Positions 36,801 to 45,304 of a stretch of 64,000 nt of DNA are shown piece by piece. Every line of letters starts with the position of its first letter. Position 1 is the stretch's first letter. Source of the stretch: Vicinamibacterales bacterium (GTDB lineage: Bacteria > Acidobacteriota > Vicinamibacteria > Vicinamibacterales > UBA2999); assembly GCA_035626435.1 (NCBI GenBank), contig DASPNQ010000007.1, positions 18,451 through 82,450 on the forward strand, read 5' to 3'. The notes beneath the pieces were generated by a model. It was not told the origin of the DNA. It was given only the letters and a program-made list of their open reading frames with translations, and searched no databases. The position numbers and the translations under genes were made by a program.

Positions 36801-37172
36801 AACCGCACGCAGCAGGGTCGCACGGTGGTCGACGGCGGCCGCGTGCTTCAGCCGGTCGTCTACGGGCTCGCCTTGAAAGCGCTGTTCCCTTCGGAAACGG
36901 TGTTCTCCGGCCGCCTGTTTTACTGCACCAGCGCGGGTGGCTTCTATCCTTATGAAATTCCGTTGATGGGCGAAGCGCCGAAGCGCGGTGTCGAAGTGCT
37001 TGAAATCATCGATCGCGCGATCGCGCACGGTGCGCTGGCGGCGCGGCCGGCCGCCAGAACCTGCGAGTGGTGCGACTATCAGGTGGTCTGCGGCGGCCAG
37101 GAAGAACGCCGCACCCGCCGCAAGGACGCGAAGCTGTTCAGCGATCTCGACACCATGAGGGAGATGCCGTGA
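33900..37172 (+). CDS. addB: AddB-type helicase-nuclease subunit (PD-(D/E)XK nuclease with Fe-S cysteines)
   Basis: 1090 aa. The C-terminal nuclease has RVTDHKTGK and a four-Cys set (YSACPYQF ... CEWCDYQVVC), as in AddB. It is followed by a coupled AddA gene. Confidence 0.8.
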   Translation: MPPITSIIEPSADARLAAARTLTLALEPPALIVASTRSAADEFALSLAAVRGATFGITRASLAEVVVGIAIPALSRNGLTPSAPLSDEAVSARVADHLLTKNGLKYFAPVAGLPGFPRALSRTLSELRMAGVAPSRLSGHDANDDLSALLAHAIDERHKSGAVDYATMLATATEELTQRPDAFADRHLVLLDVPVTSKAEAAFIQALIAGARSAIVTAAEGDRRTIAELNLAPDTAAASPGPAGDGSALRRLQKFLFTEHPPPAGAIDSSVELFSAPGEGREAIEIVRRVMREASRGVPFDQMAVLLRAPQTYLGVLEHALERAGVPAWFHRGTRRPDAAGRALLALLACADDDLSARRFAEYISLGQVPLSEAGNADLWSPPADEVIEAVLPLAERAADVQPEEEAAEQARRGESDRDLAGTLRAPWRWEDLIVEAAVIGRLDRWQRRLKGLEHEYDRRLREAASEDPDASRVRALRRDREQLRALRGFAEPILSEMAEWPRHQLWGDWLKALEQLAPRVIAKPERVLRVLRELTPLAAIGPVTLREVRDVLTPRLSTLTHEPPRRRQGRVFIGTPGAARGRSFRVVFVPGLAERMFPQRIREDALLPDRRREPIDPTLATQPRRAADERLQLTLAVGAASERLYVSFPRVELNESRQRVPSFYVLDIARAIEGRIPPASLLAARASETGGATLAWPAPRDADTAIDDFEHDLATMAALLRNTSDSVKGRARYLYELSPELQRSLSSRWLRWHRKQWDPADGIIRTTETTRAALAAQRLGARPYSLTALQRYSACPYQFLMAAVYRLAPLEAPAPLQKMDPLTRGDLFHQMQAGALRRLQNDGLLPLSAERLADAQQRLTDAIRDVHDREYDRLNPAIERVWQDEIAAMTQDLRMWLEKLAEEGVEWTPERFEFAFGLSELEGRDEHSTPEPALVDGRFRLRGSIDMIERHRKTGFLRVTDHKTGKNRTQQGRTVVDGGRVLQPVVYGLALKALFPSETVFSGRLFYCTSAGGFYPYEIPLMGEAPKRGVEVLEIIDRAIAHGALAARPAARTCEWCDYQVVCGGQEERRTRRKDAKLFSDLDTMREMP

Positions 37173-40100
37173 CGCCGGCCCCGTTGCGGCGTCCCCGGCA
37201 GGAGAACCGCGAACTGATCGCGGAGGCGCTGGATCGCACCCTAATCGTCGAAGCAGCCGCCGGCACCGGCAAGACCACCGAACTGGTGGGCCGGATCGTT
37301 GCGCTGATCGAACACCGCCGCGCGACGATCGGACAGATCGTGGCCGTGACCTTCAGCGAGAAAGCGGCTGGTGAATTAAAACTGCGGCTTCGCGAAGAAC
37401 TGGAACGCGCGCGATCGCGGCGCGCGGACGATCCGGAAGCCGGGCGCCTGCTCGACGCCGCCGTCCACGATTTCGAGGAAGCGCATATCAGCACGATCCA
37501 CACGTTCTGCGCCGATCTCCTGCGCGAGCGGCCGGTCGAGGCTCATGTCGATCCGGCGTTTACCGTGCTGACGGATACGCAGGCAGACCGTCTGTTCGAC
37601 GAGGTGTTTACGGCGTGGCTGCAGGATCAGCTGGCGAAACCTCAGGAAGGCGTGCGGCGTTCGCTGCGCAGGCCGGTGAAGTGGCGCTTCGACGACGACA
37701 ACGACGACGGACCGATCGAGCGGCTGCGAACCGCGGCGCGCGGGCTTCGCGAGTGGCGCGATCACGACGCTCCCTGGAGGCGGCCGGCGTACGACCGCCA
37801 GTCGATGATTCGCGCGCTCGCGGCGCAGCTCAAGGCCTTTGCCGACCTCGTCTCGAAGCCGATCAAACGTGACGACAAGTTCGCGGCGTCGACGGCCGCA
37901 GCACGCGTTGCCAGCCTCGATCTCGAGCGTCAAAAGCGCATGGTCGGCGACATGGTGCCCGACGGCGTGTGGGATGGCTGGGAAGCGGCGCTGATTGGGC
38001 TCGCCGAGAATCGCGACTTCGCGCATCCGAGGAAGGGCACCGGCGGGGCGTTCGCGATTGGCGTTACGCGCGAGGATGCGATCGCCGCGCACGGCGCGTT
38101 GCTGCAGGCACTGCGCGATTTTCGCGATCTCGCAGACGCCGATCTGGCCGCGCTGCTGCACGAGGAGATGCGCGCGTGCCTGGCGCGTTACGAGGAACGC
38201 AAGCACGAGGCGGGCGCGCTGGATTTTCTCGATCTGTTGATCAAGGCGCGTAATCTCGTTTGCGATAACGCGGATGTGTGCCGCGAATTTCGCGAGCGCT
38301 TCCGCGTCATCCTGGTCGACGAGTTTCAGGACACCGATCCGCTACAGGCCGAATTGCTGTTGTGCCTCGCCGGAAAGGGCGACGGCACGCTGCGCCCCGG
38401 TGCCCTCTTCATCGTCGGCGACCCGAAACAATCGATCTACCGGTTCCGCCGGGCCGACGTCGGCGCGTATCGGCGCATTGCCGATCGGCTAGGCGCTGAC
38501 GGCGCCTCGGCGGTGACGCTGCAGACATCATTTCGGAGCGTCCCCGAGATACAGCATTTCGTGAACGCCGCGTTTCAGGATGAGATGAACGGCGATCTCG
38601 AGTCGCTGCAGGCCGAGTACGTGCCGCTGTTGCCACACCGCGGCGATGTGCCCGAGCAGCCGGCGATCGTCGCGCTGCCGATTGCGTATCCGTACGGCAA
38701 GAGCGTCTACGGCCCGCCACAAGTCACCCAGACTGCATTGAACGAAGCGCAACCGACCGCGATTGGCGCGTTCGTGGCCTGGTTGCTGTCGCCGGAGTGC
38801 ACGTGGACGGTTGCTGAGGGCGCGACTCGCCGAAAGATTGTCGCGAGTGACGTGTGCCTGCTGTTCCGCCGGTTCCTGCATTTCGGGAAGGACATTACGC
38901 GCGACTACGTCGATTCGCTGGAAGCGCGCGGCATCCCGCACCTGCTGGTCGGCGGCAAGACGTTTCACGAGCGCGAAGAGGTAGACGCCGTTCGCACGGC
39001 GTTGACCGCGATCGAATGGCCGGAAGACGAGCTGTCCGTGTACGCAACACTGCACGGGCCGCTGTTTGCGATCGGCGAGGAAGAGCTGCTCGAGTATCAC
39101 TCAATTGCCAGGGGCTTTCATCCATACCGCGTCCCGGATGGGCTGCCGGATCGTTTGCAGCCGGCTGCAAAGGCGCTCCTGGCGCTTCGCGAGCTGCACG
39201 CAGCGCGCAATCACCGGCCGGTTGCCGACACCATCGGCCGCTTGATCGCGATGACGCGCGCGCACGCGTGCTTCATTCTGTGGCGCGGCGGCGAGCAGGT
39301 TCTTGCCAACGTGCTGCACATTTCGGATCTGGCGCGCCGCTACGAAGCGGAGGGCGGCCTGTCGTTTCGCGGTTTCGTCGACATGTTGCACGACGCGTCG
39401 AGCCGCGCCGACTCTCCGGAAGCGCCGATCCTCGAAGAAGGCAGCGACGGCGTACGCCTGATGACCGTCCACAAAGCAAAGGGCCTCGAGTTTCCGGTCG
39501 TCATCCTTGCCGATATCGCATGCAAGCTCAGTCTCGAGGATGCGTCGCGATATCTCGATCCGGCCAAGCGCCTGTGCGCGGTACGAATCGGTGGCTGGTC
39601 GCCGCTCGACCTTCAGGAACATAACGACGAAGAAGCCAGGCGCGACCAGGCCGAGGGTGTGCGTCTTGCCTATGTGGCTGCAACGCGCGCCCGCGATCTG
39701 CTGGTCGTTCCCGGCGTCGGCGACGGTCCGTACGAAAAGGGCTGGGTGCGCCCGTTGAACCGGGCCCTGTATCCGCCGCGTCAGATGTGGCAATCGCCGG
39801 AGCCAGCGAGAGGCGTGCCCTTATTCAAAGGGAAGCACACGATCATGCCGGATGCGCGAGCCGACGGGCAGCCGGTTGACGACACGATCCGGCCGGGCAG
39901 CTACCGCATGACGGACCCGGCGACCGGGCACACCTACTCGGTCGTGTGGTGGGATCCGCTGCTGTTACAGGCGGCGCCCGACGATGCGCGCGGTTTGAGG
40001 CGTGATGACTTGATCTCGAAATCCGCACCGGCTGAAACGGTGGCGGCCGATCGAGCGAACTACGATCGCTGGCGCGAGCAGCGCGCCGTCACCCGACAGG

Positions 40101-40666
40101 CGGGCGCCGCGGTGTCGCTGCGCGTGTCGACGGCGACGGAGTTGTCGGACGACCGGGTGGCGGCCGTCGATGTCGTGATCACCGAGGACGCCGGCTTCGG
40201 CGTACTGCGTCCGTCCGGGAAACGGTTCGGCACGCTCGTCCATGCGCTCCTCGCGACCATCCCGCTCGATGCCGGCGCGTCTGACGTCGAAGAGCTCGCC
40301 TCGATGCACGCGAAATTATTTGGCGCCGCAGACGACGAACGTGAAGCGGCCCAGGGTATTGCGGTGAAGCTGCTGGCGCATCCGCGGATGGCCGCGGCGC
40401 GCGCCGCTCAGGCCGCAGGCCGCCGCGTGTGGCGCGAGATGCCCGTCTCGCTGCGCCTCACCGAGCCCGGTCAGCCGGCACATATCGTCGACGGACAGGT
40501 CGACCTTGCCTACGAAACAGAGCAGGGCTGGGTGATTGTCGACTTCAAAACCGACATCGAGATCGCTTCCGCCCACGAAGCCTACACGCAGCAGGTGGCA
40601 CTCTATGTCGAGGCCGTGACCCGCGCGACGGGTCAACCGGCGCGGGGCGTGCTGCTGAAAGTGTGA
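37169..40666 (+). CDS. addA: AddA-type UvrD-family helicase with C-terminal PD-(D/E)XK nuclease
   Basis: Contains Walker A EAAAGTGKTT, VDEFQDTDP, MTVHKAKGLEFPVV and the C-terminal VDLAYETEQGWVIVDFKTD. Start GTG 37169 overlaps the addB stop as GTGA. Confidence 0.85.
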   Translation: MTPAPLRRPRQENRELIAEALDRTLIVEAAAGTGKTTELVGRIVALIEHRRATIGQIVAVTFSEKAAGELKLRLREELERARSRRADDPEAGRLLDAAVHDFEEAHISTIHTFCADLLRERPVEAHVDPAFTVLTDTQADRLFDEVFTAWLQDQLAKPQEGVRRSLRRPVKWRFDDDNDDGPIERLRTAARGLREWRDHDAPWRRPAYDRQSMIRALAAQLKAFADLVSKPIKRDDKFAASTAAARVASLDLERQKRMVGDMVPDGVWDGWEAALIGLAENRDFAHPRKGTGGAFAIGVTREDAIAAHGALLQALRDFRDLADADLAALLHEEMRACLARYEERKHEAGALDFLDLLIKARNLVCDNADVCREFRERFRVILVDEFQDTDPLQAELLLCLAGKGDGTLRPGALFIVGDPKQSIYRFRRADVGAYRRIADRLGADGASAVTLQTSFRSVPEIQHFVNAAFQDEMNGDLESLQAEYVPLLPHRGDVPEQPAIVALPIAYPYGKSVYGPPQVTQTALNEAQPTAIGAFVAWLLSPECTWTVAEGATRRKIVASDVCLLFRRFLHFGKDITRDYVDSLEARGIPHLLVGGKTFHEREEVDAVRTALTAIEWPEDELSVYATLHGPLFAIGEEELLEYHSIARGFHPYRVPDGLPDRLQPAAKALLALRELHAARNHRPVADTIGRLIAMTRAHACFILWRGGEQVLANVLHISDLARRYEAEGGLSFRGFVDMLHDASSRADSPEAPILEEGSDGVRLMTVHKAKGLEFPVVILADIACKLSLEDASRYLDPAKRLCAVRIGGWSPLDLQEHNDEEARRDQAEGVRLAYVAATRARDLLVVPGVGDGPYEKGWVRPLNRALYPPRQMWQSPEPARGVPLFKGKHTIMPDARADGQPVDDTIRPGSYRMTDPATGHTYSVVWWDPLLLQAAPDDARGLRRDDLISKSAPAETVAADRANYDRWREQRAVTRQAGAAVSLRVSTATELSDDRVAAVDVVITEDAGFGVLRPSGKRFGTLVHALLATIPLDAGASDVEELASMHAKLFGAADDEREAAQGIAVKLLAHPRMAAARAAQAAGRRVWREMPVSLRLTEPGQPAHIVDGQVDLAYETEQGWVIVDFKTDIEIASAHEAYTQQVALYVEAVTRATGQPARGVLLKV

Positions 40667-41286
40667 TGACGAACGAGACGCCGGCCGGCGGTGGGGGAAC
40701 CCGCATGCGACGGGTATGTGTGTTCTGTGGATCGAGCATTGGTGCGCGCATTGAATATGAACACGCCGCTCGCGAGATGGGGAAGGTGCTGGCGTATCGA
40801 GGCATCGGGCTCGTATACGGCGGCGGTAACGTCGGTCTGATGGGTGCGATTGCCGACGCGGCAGTGGACGCCGGCGGTGAAGTCATCGGCGTGATCCCGA
40901 GCGCCCTGGCCGATCGGGAAATTGCACACACCGGGGTCACCGACCTCCGGGTCGTCGACTCGATGCACACGCGCAAGGCGATGATGGCGGACCTGTCGGA
41001 TGCGTTCATTGCGATGCCCGGCGGGGTCGGTACCTTCGAGGAATTTTTCGAAGCGGTGACGTGGACGCAATTGGGTGTGCACCGCAAGCCGTGTGGGTTG
41101 TTGAACGTCGCGAATTTCTACACGCCGCTCGTGGAGTTCGTCGATCGCGCCGTGCTCGAGGGTTTCCTTCGACCGGTGCATCGGGCCGCGATCGTCGTCG
41201 ACAGCGACCCGGTCCGGCTGCTCGACGCATTGAGCGCCGTGGAGCTTCCCGACGTGCCGAAGTGGATCCGGCGGGACGAGACGTAA
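40666..41286 (+). CDS. LOG-family (TIGR00730) Rossmann protein, cytokinin riboside 5-prime-monophosphate phosphoribohydrolase-like
   Basis: Contains VFCGSS, GLVYGGGNVGLMG and AMPGGVGTFEEFFE (the PGGxGTxxE motif). The ATG overlaps the addA stop as TGATG. Confidence 0.9.
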   Translation: MTNETPAGGGGTRMRRVCVFCGSSIGARIEYEHAAREMGKVLAYRGIGLVYGGGNVGLMGAIADAAVDAGGEVIGVIPSALADREIAHTGVTDLRVVDSMHTRKAMMADLSDAFIAMPGGVGTFEEFFEAVTWTQLGVHRKPCGLLNVANFYTPLVEFVDRAVLEGFLRPVHRAAIVVDSDPVRLLDALSAVELPDVPKWIRRDET

Positions 41287-41317
41287 TTACGTCTGGCGCG
41301 AATGGAGTTGAAGCGCT

Positions 41318-42010
41318 TCACCCGGCGAACTTGTAGCCGAGCCCGTGGACCGTCAGGATGTACTGCGGCACGCGAGGGTTGGGCTCGAGCTTCTGGCGCA
41401 GCCACGCGACGTGGACGTCGACGGTCCGTGTTGACGGCGCGTTGGTGTAACCCCACACCTGATGCAGCAGCTCGTCGCGGGAAATCGTCGCGCCGCGATG
41501 CTCGATGAAGTACTTCAGCAGTTGAAATTCCTTCGCGGACAAATCGAGCGGCCGGCCGTTGCTGGTGATTTCCGCCTTGCGAACGTCGACGGTCACGTCT
41601 CCGAACTGATATCGCTCCAGCGACACGCCCGACGAGCCCGAAGGGGCGCGGCGCATCAATGCTTCGATGCGCGCGAGCAGCTCGATCGTTTCGAACGGCT
41701 TGGTGAGGTAGTCGTCGGCACCCAGCTTCAGCCCGACCACGCGATCGACGACTTGCGTGCGTGCGGTCAACATCAGGATCGGGGTCGAGATGCCTTGCCC
41801 GCGAATCGTCTTGGCAACGTCGAAGCCGTCGCGGCCCGGCAGCATGACGTCCAGCACGATGATGTCGAACGGCTCGCCGGTGGCGCGAGCGATGGCGGCA
41901 TTGCCGTCGGAGGCGGTCTCGACGGCAAAGCCTTCGGCAGCCAACCGATCGCTCAACGCCAGCTGCAGGCCCGGCTCGTCTTCAACGAGTAGTAGTCGCT
42001 TCTCGGGCAA
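41318..42010 (-). CDS. OmpR-family response regulator
   Basis: Receiver domain LLLVEDEPGL / DIIVLDVMLPGRDG, and a winged-helix C-terminus (...ILTVHGLGYKF). The only in-frame start upstream of the receiver domain is TTG 42010, giving a 29-nt overlap with the kinase gene. Confidence 0.9.
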   Translation of the reverse strand: MPEKRLLLVEDEPGLQLALSDRLAAEGFAVETASDGNAAIARATGEPFDIIVLDVMLPGRDGFDVAKTIRGQGISTPILMLTARTQVVDRVVGLKLGADDYLTKPFETIELLARIEALMRRAPSGSSGVSLERYQFGDVTVDVRKAEITSNGRPLDLSAKEFQLLKYFIEHRGATISRDELLHQVWGYTNAPSTRTVDVHVAWLRQKLEPNPRVPQYILTVHGLGYKFAG

Positions 42011-44153
42011 GGGTCAGCGCTTCCGGCGAGGTGCGATCGTGACTGGCGGGTACTGACAGGGTGAATACGCTGCCTTGGCCCGGTTCGCTGGCAACGTCGA
42101 GGCGCCCGCCATGCGCTTCCGCAATCCGCAGCACCAGGTTCAGGCCGAGCCCGCTTCCCTGAATCTGTTGCGCGACCGCATCGCGGCCGCGATAGAACGG
42201 TTCGAAGATGTGCTTGCGGTCTTCGGCATCGATGCCAAGGCCGCGGTCTTCGACGGCAAACGTCACCTCCGGTGCCGGCAGCCGGCGGCCGGGCGCCGTG
42301 CGCGCCGATACGCGAAGCCACCGTGCCTGACCGCCGTACTTGACGCCATTGCTGATCAAATTCTGCAGTGCGGCTTTCAGCGCGGTCGCGTCGCCGGCGA
42401 TGTGCGGCAGGTTGTCGGCAATCGACACTTCAACGGCGACGCCGGCCTTCTCGATTTCGTTCCGGCACGCGGCGATCGATTCATGAACCAGCTCCGCCGG
42501 GCTGATTGGCGTCTGCGCCGCGGCGGCCGTGCCGGCGGCAATGCCGGCCAGTTGCAGCACGCGCTCGACCGTCTCACCAAGACGGCGCGCTTCGTTTTGA
42601 ATGGTCTCGCCGTACTTGCGCACCCGCTGGGGATCGCCAACCACGCCGTCGGCAAGGTTACCGGCTGCGGCGCCAATCACCGAAACCGGAGTGCGAAGCT
42701 CGTGTGAGACCGCTGCGACGAACTCGATCTGCTGTCGTGCCAGCGCCTGCGCCCGCCGCGCCGACACCACGATCAAGCCGACCGCCAGCGTCAGCAGAAT
42801 CAGTACGCTCGAACTGATCAGCAGATTGCGCAGGCGCACCGCCGCGACGGCATTTTCGAGGGACCCGGCGCGATGCTTGGCCATCAACAGCCACCGGCCC
42901 TCACTGGGAAACGCACCGCTACGCGCAATGATGCGGCCGCCACGCCCGTCCCGACGCTCTTCGCGCTCGATCATCGAGACCACGATGTCTTCTTTCCGAG
43001 CGCCGGGACCTGGGAACCGGGAGCCGGAGTTGTGCAGGGTTTCGCCGGTGCCGGACGCGTGCTCCCGGTTCGCGGCTCCCGGCTCCCGGCTGCCGGGATT
43101 GTGCGTGGCTTCGAGTTCCCCAGCTGCCCGTTGACGGCTCCCGGCTCCCGTCTCCCGGCTCCCGGGCGGAGGTGTGGGCGGTGGAACGGCCACGGTCTGC
43201 GTGGTGACGTCGCCACGCAAGTTGCGTGCGAACAGGAACATCTGATCCGGCCGCGGGCCCATGAAGGTTTGCGCGACATCGGGCGCGGCCGCGATCGCAG
43301 GGGCAATGCCCGGTTCGGATTCCCACACGACGTTCGCTGCATCGTCGCGCTGAACCACCGCCACGCGATAAGCGGACTCGAATTCGTCGCCGTGAAAGTG
43401 GCGCGCCGCCAAAGACGCGAGGATTGTCTCGCGGATGATCGCTGGGTCGAGCCGGACGATCGTGAAGCCGAGAATGGAAATTTTCGGCGGTCCTGGCCGC
43501 TCGTCGGAGACTTCGAACAGTGTCACTGGTGAGATCAGCGTGTTGTCATCGCCGATCGTCATCGACATGGTGGCTTCCCGGCGCGTTGCCATCGAGCCGT
43601 CGCCGCGGCGAGTCTGTGGCAAATGCAGTCCAATGAAGCGCGCCGCGAGCGAATCGCGAACCTTGAGCAGATCTTCAGGCCACGGCGATTCCTCGAAAGA
43701 GAGCGTTCCAGGATTCCATCGTCGCGCGCGGAGGCGGTCGATCGGGATTGCCGCGCCGCGTTCGAGTGACATCGGATCCGGCAGCGGTGTGCCGGGTAGG
43801 GTGTCGACCAGCCACACCTCGCGGACCAGTCGCGGCTCGCTGGCGCTGCTCACCCAGGCGGAATAGCGTTGCGCGTAAGCCGCCCAGTTCTGGTCTCGAA
43901 TGGTCTGGCCATCGACCTGAAGACTCACCAGCGTGCGCGACAGTTCGCCGTCGAATTCGGTCGCGAACTGGGCGGCGGCGGTTCGGAGCGTGCGCTGCAT
44001 GCGCTCCCTTTCGGCAGTGCTCAACTGGCCGAGCCACTGGTACTGCATCCACGCGAGCGCCGGCACGAGCAGCATGACGATGCCGACGAGGATCGTCACT
44101 GCCGAGACACGCCGCCGTCCGGCATGCAGCGCCGCGCGCCTGCCGAAGATCAT
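41982..44153 (-). CDS. Sensor histidine kinase (two TM segments, large extracytoplasmic domain)
   Basis: H-box AAVSHELRTPVSV, N-box LISNGVKYG, and DRGLGI / GSGLGL. The sensor domain carries a low-complexity insert encoded by GGGAGCC-type repeats. Confidence 0.85.
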   Translation of the reverse strand: MIFGRRAALHAGRRRVSAVTILVGIVMLLVPALAWMQYQWLGQLSTAERERMQRTLRTAAAQFATEFDGELSRTLVSLQVDGQTIRDQNWAAYAQRYSAWVSSASEPRLVREVWLVDTLPGTPLPDPMSLERGAAIPIDRLRARRWNPGTLSFEESPWPEDLLKVRDSLAARFIGLHLPQTRRGDGSMATRREATMSMTIGDDNTLISPVTLFEVSDERPGPPKISILGFTIVRLDPAIIRETILASLAARHFHGDEFESAYRVAVVQRDDAANVVWESEPGIAPAIAAAPDVAQTFMGPRPDQMFLFARNLRGDVTTQTVAVPPPTPPPGSRETGAGSRQRAAGELEATHNPGSREPGAANREHASGTGETLHNSGSRFPGPGARKEDIVVSMIEREERRDGRGGRIIARSGAFPSEGRWLLMAKHRAGSLENAVAAVRLRNLLISSSVLILLTLAVGLIVVSARRAQALARQQIEFVAAVSHELRTPVSVIGAAAGNLADGVVGDPQRVRKYGETIQNEARRLGETVERVLQLAGIAAGTAAAAQTPISPAELVHESIAACRNEIEKAGVAVEVSIADNLPHIAGDATALKAALQNLISNGVKYGGQARWLRVSARTAPGRRLPAPEVTFAVEDRGLGIDAEDRKHIFEPFYRGRDAVAQQIQGSGLGLNLVLRIAEAHGGRLDVASEPGQGSVFTLSVPASHDRTSPEALTLAREATTTR
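42998..43175 (-). repeat. GGGAGCC-type repeat block inserted in-frame in the kinase sensor domain
   Basis: The sense strand carries runs such as GGGAGCCGGGAGACGGGAGCCGGGAGCC and GGCAGCCGGGAGCCGGGAGCCGCGAACCGGGAG. They encode PGSRETGAGSRQ..ATHNPGSREPGAANRE..TLHNSGSRFPGPG. Confidence 0.85.
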
Positions 44154-44314
44154 GCGCTGAGTCTAGCACGCTTCAAAATCGTGTAAATCCAGCAAAATCA
44201 ATGATTTAACAAACTTTACAACCTCTTTGCCGTCTCTTAACGACTCCCGAACCAGCCGCCTCGTATTATCGAAAAGAGGCGGGGTTCCCGTCACGAAGGT
44301 CTGAGGGAGCACAG

Positions 44315-45283
44315 ATGCGTAATGTGATTTCAGCCGGCGTCATGGTCCTTGCGGCGTTGTTCGTAGAGTTCGACGGAGTTTCGGTGACACCGCTGGCTCA
44401 GGACCGCGTTGCGGGCATTCTGGCGGCGACGCGCAAGGCAATGGGCGGTGAAGACAAGGTTGCCGGAGTCAAGACGCTGACCGCGGAAGGTCCGTTCCGA
44501 CGAATGATGGGGCAGCGCGCCATGGAGGGCATGGTCATGCTGACGATCGCGCGGCCCGACAAGATGCATCGACTCGAAGACATGGCGCTCGGCGGCATGG
44601 TCGGCGGCCCCTCGATGGAGCGCACCATGGTGCTCAACGGGACCACGTCCTGGGAGGATTCGCAGAATCGCGGCGGCATGGGCGGCGGCATGCGCATCAT
44701 GATGGCGGGTCCCGGCGGACCTGCTGGAGCGGCGGCCACGCCTGAACAGGTCAACGAAGCGCGGACGCGCCGGATGCGCGTCCAACTCCAGCGTTTGTCC
44801 GCGGCGCTGTTTGCGGACGCCGGGGTGCCGTGGGTCGATGCCGGCGTCGCCGAGTCGCCCGACGGCAAGGCCGACATTCTGGAGGCTAAAGAAGAGACCG
44901 GGCGTACGCTGCGCCTGTTCATCGATCAGAACAGCCGGCTGCCGCTGATGGTGCAGTACCAAGATCCGAAACCGATGGTGATGATCAACGGCGGCCCCGG
45001 CGGACGTGGCCCTGGCGGTCCAGGCGCACCAGGTGCCGCGGGCGGTCCACCGCCGGCGCCTCCGACACCGGAGGAGATGCAGCGCCGCATGGCCGAAATG
45101 CAGCGCAACCCACCGCAGCTCGGCACGTTTGCGATGCATTTGAGCGATTACAAGAAGGTCGACGGCATCATGCTGCCGCACAAGATTGAAACTTCACTCG
45201 ACGGCGAGCCGAACGAGGAGTGGACGATCGAGAAGTTCAAAGTCAATCCGCAGGTCAAGGCTGATCTGTTCGAAAAGAAATAG
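44315..45283 (+). CDS. Secreted Gly/Pro/Met-rich protein, unknown function
   Basis: GAGGGAG lies upstream of the ATG. N-terminal hydrophobic signal; low-complexity GGMGGGM and GGPGGRGPGGPGAPG tracts. Directly followed by the OMP gene. Confidence 0.55.
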   Translation: MRNVISAGVMVLAALFVEFDGVSVTPLAQDRVAGILAATRKAMGGEDKVAGVKTLTAEGPFRRMMGQRAMEGMVMLTIARPDKMHRLEDMALGGMVGGPSMERTMVLNGTTSWEDSQNRGGMGGGMRIMMAGPGGPAGAAATPEQVNEARTRRMRVQLQRLSAALFADAGVPWVDAGVAESPDGKADILEAKEETGRTLRLFIDQNSRLPLMVQYQDPKPMVMINGGPGGRGPGGPGAPGAAGGPPPAPPTPEEMQRRMAEMQRNPPQLGTFAMHLSDYKKVDGIMLPHKIETSLDGEPNEEWTIEKFKVNPQVKADLFEKK

Positions 45284-45304
45284 TTGCTGAGTCGAGTGCG
45301 AGTC

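Noticed and set aside
44154-44314. Hairpin CCGCCTC-N13-GAGGCGG and AT-rich tract in the kinase/secreted-protein divergent spacer as a specific regulatory RNA
   Set aside because: It is a single short stem in a divergent promoter region. There is no U-tract, and no conservation information is available. It is most simply ordinary promoter DNA, possibly with response-regulator binding sites.
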